Assembly: GCA_964016885.1 (NCBI GenBank)
Contig: OZ024751.1
Location: 27,280,001-27,344,000, forward strand
DNA: 64,000 bases
Reading direction: 5' to 3'
DNA from: Eledone cirrhosa
Taxonomy: Eukaryota
Part shown: one piece after another, positions 54,569 to 64,000 of the stretch
Position numbering within the stretch: the stretch's first letter is position 1
Layout of the letters: every line of letters starts with the position of its first letter
Position numbers and translations under genes: made by a program
Notes under the pieces: generated by a model
Database searches by the model: none
Told to the model about the DNA's origin: nothing
The model's input: only the letters and a program-made list of their open reading frames with translations

Positions 54569-54637
54569 CAGTGTGTGTGTGTGTGTGTGTGTGTCTGTGT
54601 GTGTGTGTCAGTGTGTGTGTCTGTGTGTGTGTCTGTG

Positions 54638-54711
<74 letters not shown>

Positions 54712-54713
<2 letters not shown>

Positions 54714-54874
54714 GAAAGTAAACAACACAATATATAACTATTCGATTACCAACGGTTTCTGGACCCTAGACAATATTAACATACGTCTAGTTCGTTCATC
54801 AGAAAGAGATGTAATGAACAGAAAACTGAAACCTTTGGTAATGGAGTAGTTATATATTGTGTTGTTTACTTTCT
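54712..54874. repeat. Fold-back unit of the 25286 hammerhead family (degenerate hammerhead on minus strand, 54739-54808)
   Basis: Minus strand CTGATGA...CTAGAC/GTCTAG...GAAA-CCGTTGG-TA; plus arm GAAACCTTTGGTAATGG. Confidence 0.65.
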
Positions 54875-54884
54875 ATATATATAT

Positions 54885-55159
54885 ATATAACGAAGGAAAT
54901 GTGGTAAGGAACCAGATGGACCATAACGCACCAAAGTACTCAATACTTAGGGTAGTAGAGTGGGTAATAGGAACGAGTAGGACCCCGACGGCTGAGCTCA
55001 AGTCGTTTCGACGGCTAATTTTAGTCCAGAATTACCCGTCGAAACAGCTTGAGCTCAGCCGTCGGGGTCCTACTCGTTCCTATTACCCACTCTACTACCC
55101 TAAGAATTGAGTAATTTGGTGCGTTATGGTCCATTTGGTTCCTTACCACATTTCCTTCG

Positions 55160-55195
<36 letters not shown>

Positions 55196-55255
55196 GAACG
55201 AGTAGGACCCCGACGGCTGAGCTCAAGCCGTTTCGACGGCTAATTCTGGACTAGA
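54885..55255. mobile_element. About 280-bp palindromic unit plus an extra partial copy; carries the 3' half of a hammerhead
   Basis: Arms 54889-55020 and 55030-55161; GAAA-CGGCT/AGCCG-TC-GGGGTCC. Confidence 0.75.
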
Positions 55256-55799
55256 TATATATATATATATATTCGCCACATGGAATCCATCCAACCTCCG
55301 GCCGGTCACACTATCTCGGACATTGACCACACCTCCGCCATCCTCCCTCCCGATACATAAATCATGTATATTTAGTACTTGACTAGGACTATTATTTATT
55401 TTGGTGGAGGGTGGTCTTACATTTCATATCTGGCTTGGCCCTATTACCATCTTTAGGGACCTACATTTCACAACTGACCCGGCGTTTCAAACACATTACC
55501 CGCTTTGCGGGATCAAGTTCCGCATCTGGCCTGGGTCTATTACCAGATTCTGGGGTGGCTATATTTCACATATGACCTGGGTCTATTACCAGTTTGGTTC
55601 TGGCTATGTTCTTTCACACATCTGCGGCGTTTTAAACACTTCTCATTGATGACAACTTAATTAAGATACGTTAACGACATTAACGAAGAAACAATTAAAT
55701 ATATCACGTGTTATCAGTCACCTCTCAAATATATATTTCACAGCCAAATATTCCTAAAGCTTTATAAAGTTGAACTTAATTAATTTCGCGGCACAGCCA

Positions 55800-56400
55800 G
55801 AGTTTAGCAATGCGACTACAAATAGTCTCGTCTAACTTAGCTTTCTATTTTTCTTTAACGCTACTTCTTTGCTAAAACCTATCGACATTACGCTAATCTC
55901 TCTTTTGAAAGACCTCCACCACCTGTTGTTGACGACCCCACTCCCCTTCAACTTTTGCTTAACTAAATTGTTGACCCGGTCCCTGTAAGCCATACGCGCC
56001 GGAAACGACTTGTTCAGCATCCTAACCTGCGAGTCTTATCTAGGTCGACTATACAGATGACAAACTTGAGGTCGGAATAGGCAACCGTTTTAAAAAGTGG
56101 ACAGCCTACACTATTCCTATTATTTGTCCTAATAAGGATCCTATCCATATACGATTTTAGCTTACTATATGAGGTTAGTCCAGGTCCTCACTGGCTCATT
56201 AGGGAAATCTAGTCGGTACCTGTCAGACAGTTGGAAGTAGCTCATCAGGTACTTGAGGCTTTTGCACACCCCACTCCTACCAACTACTCCTACACAACTC
56301 CAGTGAACGTCTAAGATGCCATTCCACCCCCCGCTAACAGTAAAGGGTGAGACGTTCCCAGAGATGCTTCCAGGAGCCTAAAGAAGTCCAGTCGTCCGGC
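55800..56400 (-). mobile_element. Decayed L1/Tx1-like endonuclease and linker fragment
   Basis: GWNGILD, RMDRILIR, RWWRSFKREISVMSIGFSK. Confidence 0.45.
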
Positions 56401-56830
56401 CCCGGTAGGGGCGTAGACGGCCACCTACCATCAACACCACCACCACCACTACCACTACCACCTCCACCACTACCACCATTACCAACAACAACAACACCAC
56501 CACCACCACCACCATCACCAGTGCGTGAGGGTGGGGGTGCTCGAGACTCCTTGGTGACGTCATATCCGGTTAGGAACAAAAGATGCACGTGTGTGTCATT
56601 TGACAGATTGTTGCATATGTTGTGTATGTGTATGAGTGTGTGTATGAGTGTATATGAGTGTGTGTGTGTGTGCATGTATATATGTATGTGTGTATATATA
56701 CATATGTATGTATGTTTGTGTGTATGTTTGTATGTATATATGTATGTATGTATATATGTATGTATGTATTTATATATGTATGTATGTAAGTATTTATATA
56801 TGTATGTATGTATGTGTATGTATGTTTGTG

Positions 56831-56866
<36 letters not shown>

Positions 56867-57036
56867 TGTGTATGTATGTGTATATGTATGTTTGTGTGTA
56901 GATATATATGTCTGTATGTATGTATGTATGTATGTATGTATAGGTGTGTGTTGTGGTGAAGATGTGAGTGATATGTCAACCAGAAACCCAAGAACTGGTC
57001 TTAGCCGGATACTGTCGGAGAGTTTATGACGTATCC

Positions 57037-57100
<64 letters not shown>

Positions 57101-57444
57101 TCACATATATACATATATACATATATGTGTATGTGTGTATACATACATAATTACATACAGATATGTCATATATATATACATATACATATAAATCGGTGCG
57201 CCAAAAATAAACATGGCTGATACTGTTAGGTTTCCACAAACGCTGTTGCACTACTTCCGGTTTCACAAATACAATATACTGAGTTGACAAACTTTGATTA
57301 ACCATCATTATCCATTCATTTAGGAAACAAAATCTCCTTTTACGTTTGTTTCAAATCTAAAAACAGAGAAGGGTGTTCATTACCCTCATATCAACCAATC
57401 AAAATATTCTTTTAAATGAACACAATGTATCGGATTCTGTCGCC

Positions 57445-57840
57445 TTCTTCTTCTCCTTCTCCTTCTCCTCCTCATCCTTATTCTCCCTATTCCTGATCCG
57501 GCTGGATCCCCAAGTGACACCAGCCAAGCTGGTTATCCAACTATTTTGCTTGGAGTTTACCCCTGGGTCTCCTACTAGTTGGCTTTGTCTGTAAAATCTG
57601 TCCAGCGATTCTTTCCTGAGACGTTCTAACCACATGTCCATGGTATCGCTGCTGTGATCTTTCACTTAGGAGAAGTAGCGGCTCTACCTGGTGTGACTCT
57701 CTCATCTCCGAGCTACGAACTCTATCGAGTAACGTTACTCCAAAGACACTTCGGAGAAACCCCATTTCGACCGCCAGTTGTATTCGCTATCGCATTCTTT
57801 CGTAGTCTTTCAGTTAGTACTCAAGATTCATGATCATAGG
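57445..57840 (-). mobile_element. RTE LINE 3' end
   Basis: MGFLRSVFGVTLLDRVRSSEMR...RYHGHVVR...RPRGK; GAA-rich tail. Confidence 0.75.
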
Positions 57841-58385
57841 CAGAACTGTTCCGCTAGAGAACGGGACGCCGGTGGTGGATAACGGTTACCAGATAAAGCA
57901 GGCAGCTGCCGGACGAATAAGCAACCCTGGACCAACAGCAATAAATTACTAGGGGAGTTGGAGCAATGGGTGACACCTGTAGCTCCCAAGAAAACTCTCC
58001 CAAGCTAGTGATGTAGTTATGATGTGATGAGTAAAGGCCAGCTCTAAAAATAAGACTAGTCTTTGTGGGTTTGAGAAAGTACCAGATTGGTAACTGGAGC
58101 AAATAAGACCACTGAAACTGAGATATGGTGAGAGGTAAGAAAAAGAATCATACTACATTGTCCTTCGGGCGGGTTAACAAAGAACGCGTTCAGGCATTAG
58201 GTAGAGGGGCCTGTTCGAAAATTATATTGCAGTCTCCATTTCATGCCGCACAAACATGCGATGGCCCGCGAACTTGGCGGCGTGGGTTGGTCGCACAAAG
58301 GTTGCGTATCCCGAGACCCCAAAGAGGGTTCGAAATGGAACGAAGTTTAAGAATTGGAACCTGGAACATCACTTATTTAAAAGAT
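57841..58385 (+). mobile_element. RTE LINE 5' UTR and start of APE
   Basis: Homologous to 18706-19250; LRIGTWNITYL. Confidence 0.75.
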
Positions 58386-58574
58386 GGGGGACGCAATGTG
58401 TGACTGACGCATCGAACCACAGACGATGCAGCACTCCCTGATATGATCCCTGCTGGAACACCCCTGCACAGTATTGGGCAGAGTTTAATGAGAAAGGACA
58501 ACAATGTGTTCAGCTGTGGCGGAACCACATCTAGCAGAGCTCCATAACTGTCTTGTGGACATGATAAGAAGAAG

Positions 58575-59180
58575 GCCACCAACACCACCAACAACAACAT
58601 CAATACCCACCATTTCCACCACCAACACCGACCACCTCCACCACCAACAATACCATCAACACCACCACCAACAATATCATCAACACCCACCTCCACCACC
58701 AGCAATACCATCAACACTACACCACTAACAATACCATCAACACCACCTCCACCACCAACAATACCATCAGCACCACCACCACCAACAATACCATCAACAC
58801 CAACAATACCATCAACACCACCTCCACCATCAACACCACCAACAATACCATCAACACCACCTCCACCACCAACAATACCGTCAACGCCACCACCACCACC
58901 ACCAGCAAAAATACCATCAACAACCACCACCACCACCAACAATACTATCAACACCACCTCCACCACCAACAGTACCATCAACACCACCTCCACCACCAAC
59001 AATACCGTCAACGCCACCACCACCACCATCAACACCTCCTCCACCACCAAAAATACCATCAACAACCACCAACAATACCATCAACACCACCAACAATACT
59101 ATCAACACCACCTCCACCACCAACAGTACCATCAACACCACCTCCTCCACCAACAATACCATCAACACCGACCGCCACCA
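58575..59180. repeat. CCA/CAA-rich minisatellite
   Basis: Unit approximately AACAATACCATCAACACCACCTCCACCACC. Confidence 0.85.
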
Positions 59181-59487
59181 CATGATCATTTCAGCAGATC
59201 CACCATCCTAATGACGCTGAAATAATTATGGCTTCCATCTTGAAATCCTGATTAGGCAGAAAGACAGCAGAAAGTGAGCATCACAGTCACTTCCGGTTTA
59301 TAAAAGAAAATGTCTACTTAACTATTGTTGTTAGAATTCAGTAAGACCGCTTTCGTACTTGTCATTGTCATAAAAACAATAACCAGATTGTATAAAAGAT
59401 GTTGCTGTCTTGTGTACTTTAAACAGGAACAATAGCTAACGGCTGAGATCTGCTGGAAATTATGACTTTCATCCTTAATATAAGAAT

Positions 59488-59695
59488 GATTTCTACTATA
59501 GGCACAAGACCAGCAATTTGAAGAAGAGGTGCAGTTGTTTATATCGAAGCCAGTAATTCAATAGGACCTTATTTATCGACCTCGTAAGGGTGTAACGCAA
59601 AACTAACATCGGCGGGATTTGAACTCAGAACAAAGAGCCATGTGTAGCACGTGGTATTTTGTCCGACGCTCAAACGATTCTGTTATCCACCGCTC
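59488..59695 (-). mobile_element. tRNA-derived SINE
   Basis: GGCGGGATTTGAACTCAG (reverse complement of B box); TTTCTAC...GGCACAAG.CCAGCAATT tail. Confidence 0.8.
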
Positions 59696-60364
59696 TAATC
59701 CGTAATGTAAGGTCTAGAGTTGTTGTTGAAGTGGTGATGGTGATGGCAGCAGAGTTGTTACTGTAGTTGTTGCTTAGGTTAACCACGATTGAACAGATCT
59801 ACAATCAAAGATCTTCCAACCCTAATCTATTCCACCTTGTTATACCTAGAACTTCATAGTCCAAACTGTCCTTACTTTTTAAAAGTGTGATTTGAAAGAG
59901 ACTTTGGCTTCTATTTTCAGCAGGTTAAACTACCGTTTAGAGTCTCCGGTGTTGGCTCTCTTGACTCGCTAGAAGTTGAACCGAATCTCCCTCGAATCAC
60001 ATATCCGTCTTTAAAAAAGCTATAAATATAAGCACATTTGATAAGGTAGTCCTTGATACACTATGTTGGTGTTGTAGTAATCTTCCGTCAAGATTGGTAG
60101 TTTATAGTTATTTATAATCTAGACCACAACCAAACTGGTCAGTGTAATTTACATAAACAGGCGCTGACAATTTCCATTAATTTAACCGTTCAGTAATTGA
60201 AATTATCTAAAAAATGTTTCGTAATTCATTAAGAACAAATTAATTACTCCGCGTTATAATCATATAATTACATCTTTAGTTTAGTTTTTCTGTAGTCGTT
60301 CTAAATAACTAAAGGCTTCCAATCTCTCAAAGATACAATCAATATCTACATTGACATGGGTTAA

Positions 60365-60457
60365 CTGCGGCCCGCCTATATGATGGGGGCGTCCTATGCG
60401 GCCCGCCTATATGATGAGCCACGTCTTATGCGGCCCGCCTATATGATGAGCCACGTC
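60365..60457. repeat. About 32-bp tandem repeat, 3 copies, possibly an hAT end relic
   Basis: TGCGGCCCGCCTATATGATGAGCCACGTC; TGCGGCCC resembles hAT subterminal motifs. Confidence 0.6.
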
Positions 60458-60710
60458 AGAGAAACCTCCCACTGGATTTTACCAACACTTTCCAGGAGGT
60501 CCAGGTAAATTCTTTTGTTAACCGGTTTAGCTTGCTCCGGTGGCTGATGGCTTCACGACCACTGTTTTCATTTTATCTGACCTTTATAACGTATGTTAAT
60601 TGCTCTGGTCTTCTTTTAGTCCATTGAGCGCTTGCCGCATTTCTCGAAGGTTGCGTTTCGTTTTGTTTTGGCCCCTCGCTGAAATTATATATATATAGAG
60701 AGAGAGAGAG

Positions 60711-61253
60711 AGAGTAAAGCATGTCCAGAGAATTATTTGATAATATATATACATCATCTCTACTCCCAATCACCATAATTAACCACACAAAAAATCAATT
60801 AGACCAGGCTATAAGAATAAAAGGCATCTATGAAGAAAGAGTAAATAAATACTTCATCGTGGCGTCTTCGCGTGAACCGCTATAGAATATTTACCAACAT
60901 TTCGACAGCACGTGGAAATTAATTAAATACACGGTCAACCATACATAATTAGGTAAAAATGAATGTTAGAAATGCTTATATACATACCAGGACTAAATCA
61001 CTAAATCCCGACCCTTATGTATGGTTGACCGTGTATTTAATTAATTTCCACGTGCTGTCGAAATGTTGGGTAAATATTCTATAGCGGTTGCACGCGAAGA
61101 CGCCACGATGGAGTATTTATTTACTGTTTCTTCATAGATGCCTTTTATTCTTATAGCCTGGTCTAATTGATTTTTTGTGTGGTTAATTATGCTGATTGGG
61201 AGTAGAGATGATGTATATATATTATCAAATAATTCTCTGGACATGCTTTACTC
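60711..61253. repeat. Fold-back with about 238-bp arms
   Basis: 60711-60948 versus 61015-61253 reverse complementary. Confidence 0.9.
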
Positions 61254-61584
61254 TATAGTATTTTGCTCTGATTAATTTATTAATTCTCCATTGAGCCACA
61301 TCGTGAAAAGTTGCAAAAACACATATATACCTGTGACTTTGTTTAATTGGTGTATGTGTAAATATTTATATATATATATATATTACGTCAATACTCATCT
61401 TTTTCCATTTCTCCGAGGGTTCTTAACCCTACTATCAGGCTAAATAATTTCTTTAATTTCTTTAGTCAAAATACGGCGATAACTTACATTTATAATAATT
61501 TCAAACCCGCCGGCTCTTTCGAAAATATTCTTACATATATATGTGTAAATGAAATAATTGCCTTATGTTGTTTATTACATAACT

Positions 61585-61656
<72 letters not shown>

Positions 61657-61658
<2 letters not shown>

Positions 61659-61795
61659 CGAAGGAAATGTGGTAAGGAACCAGGAGAACCATAACGCACC
61701 AAAGTACTCAATACTTAGGGTAGTAGAGTGGGTAATAGGAACGAGTAGGACCCCGACGGCTGAGCTCAAGCCGTTTCGACGGCTAATTTTGACTC
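61657..61795 (-). mobile_element. Further copy of the 54885 family next to (TA)n
   Basis: Near-identical to 54889-55020. Confidence 0.8.
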
Positions 61796-62559
61796 AAAAC
61801 GAGTTGGTAGCCACCATGTATGTATGTATGTATGTATGTATGTATGTATGGTGACTAGACCGACAACCAACCAAGCTTGCTCGGTGAGGAGGGTGAATTT
61901 GAACACCCTGCGGAATGAAAAACAAAACTCGTCAAAGAGTGGAGGAACTCAGGAGAGTCAACGGCCATCCAATAAAGTACCTTTTTTGTGGAGTGAGAGA
62001 CTCCTAGTCTTCCTTAAGACATCTCTCTATGAGAAGGTCACTCTGATATAAAACCTACGACTTCATTTACATCCAATGATGTAGACCAGTTCTTCTTTTT
62101 GGGTAAATGCATTTGATGTTCAGAAAGTGAGACTGGCCCCGTGCAAAGCCTTTCCTCACTTAAAAAATCTTCAAACACAGGCATCGCTTGATATGTGACA
62201 TTTATTGCGATGAATGGTATTGCTGGCCACAGGCAAGTCCCTAGCAGGACTCAAAATCCACATCAGTGATGCTCATGCCTAAGTATCAAGTGATGGCATT
62301 ACTCGAAATCAAGTTGCAGCTATCATCATGTATGTTCTTCTAGTTTTATAATTTTACAAATTTTTACCAATAGAGAGAATCGCTTTCTAGCATAGACACA
62401 AGTCTCTTTCCTTCGAGGTAGATATGTTTGCATGTCTGCATGCGCGCGTGTGTGTAGGTATGGATGTTATTGTATGTGTGGATGTTTTGAGTTATATGTG
62501 TGCATGTGTATGTTTTGTATCTGTACATGGAGTTATTAGATGCAGAAGTTTTGGAATGC

Positions 62560-64000
62560 TTTCCATATCCATTAATGGATTGTACCTGTAATTTCCTAAC
62601 TAGTTGTGTTTTTCTGTTTCTGTGAAGCCCAGCTTCTCAAGATTTGTATCGAGGCAGTTACTAACATACCCCAGTGCCCCAATAATCACAGGTATAAATC
62701 TGAAGGTATAATCAGGGTGGAGTATCTGCAGATTTCTCATCAGTTCTGCATAGATGTTCTCCTTTCACTAATCTTTTATATTATATTGACATCTGCTGGG
62801 CAGCTAACTTTCACTACTGTGCATGTCTTCTTTTCCCTGTCCCATATCATTATATCTGGTCAATCATACTTGCATTTTATTGGGGTTTTAACTGGAACAT
62901 TCCACCAGTACTCTTTCATATTATGTATGCATATAATCTTCCAAATTGCTATCACTTTTAATAAATTTATTGTCGGGGCTATCTTTTCTACGGATTGCAT
63001 TGTACAGTGTTTTGGCCACAACATCATGCCTCATAGGTAGATAGTACCGCGATAACATCTCTGGACAGTTGCTTATGTAATGGGTGACATCTTCGGTGTT
63101 AATTTGCAGAGTCTGCACTTGTCACATATAGGTGTTTTGCATGCATCTCTATCTCTTTTGTGAATCAGGTACTTTGTATTGATTTCCTGTTCTTGGATTG
63201 CAAACGCGTATCCTTCAAAGTGGGAGCCAATATAGCGGTTGCTTGTCCAAGATAGACCACTTTGTTTATCTATATTACTCTCATTTCGGAGCCTCCTGGC
63301 AACATATCCATGCATGCTTTGTTGCTGATAAGCATGCAGTTTATCATCCATGGATTCACTGTGGTATTGTTGGGCAATTTCTCTGGGTGTGAGTTTTTGA
63401 TTATCACGTATGGAGTATCTTTCAAGGAGTTCCTTCCCAACTCTCATAATCTTATCTGTCTCATACAGACAAACTTTCTCGATAGACGGGCTCCTTCGTT
63501 TGGAGGTTCGTAAATGTTGTCGGGGGGATATGATGCGACATTCAAATGCTGTCTGGACTGGTGTTAGGCCTCTGCCTTCCTGCTTACGTTTCAAGTAGAA
63601 GTGGTCTATGTCATTTTTGATGTGGAAGTTTCCTGTGTTGTTTAGTATTTTTCGAGTCCTAACATCAATTGCTCAGATTTCGTCTATCGTCCAATCAAGT
63701 ATTCCAAACGTTGGTGTTAGGACAGGCACAGCAAACACATTGTGAGCCACTGTTTTATTGTGCGCAGATAAAGATTTTTCTTAATCGGGTGTAATATTCC
63801 CTGGTTACGCGTTCCTTATTACAGATACCATTATAGGATATGTTCTCATCTATCTCCAGGTATCTGTAGCAGTCCTCATCAAATATCGGTGAATCAGTTA
63901 GGCCATTGATGACAATGTTGCTAGATTGGGTTGTAGTTTTTCCCCGCTTTACAATCATATATGAACATTTATCTTGGCCAAACTCCATTCCTATATCCTT
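62560..64000 (-). mobile_element. R4/Dong-like RLE non-LTR retrotransposon (RT C-terminus, zinc knuckle, RLE); runs off the window end
   Basis: GMEFGQDKC, YRYLEI, RKQEGRGL, FAIQEQEINT, CRLC...EDVTHYISNC, RHDVVAK, PDIMIWD, IPVIIGALG. Confidence 0.85.

Overview
Repeat-saturated eukaryotic (animal) genomic DNA. The SINE and microsatellite make-up suggests a cephalopod such as Octopus, but that is inference. No host protein-coding gene could be supported. The window holds microsatellites and minisatellites, one near-intact hAT (Buster-like) DNA transposon with TIRs and an 8-bp TSD, decayed LINEs (RTE, R4/Dong-like RLE, CRE, L1/Tx1), tRNA-derived SINEs, a Helitron-like relic, and many Penelope-like element (PLE) fragments with RT and GIY-YIG remnants. 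The main hidden signal is a dense set of type I hammerhead ribozyme motifs (CUGANGA...GAAA...NUH with pairing stems) from several unrelated sequence families. Most sit in short units bounded by (TA)n. Many units are fold-backs, and several turn inside or next to the ribozyme. One unit is an apparently non-coding 628-nt partial tandem (retrozyme-like) with a near-canonical hammerhead. All structures were paired by eye; none was computed or tested.
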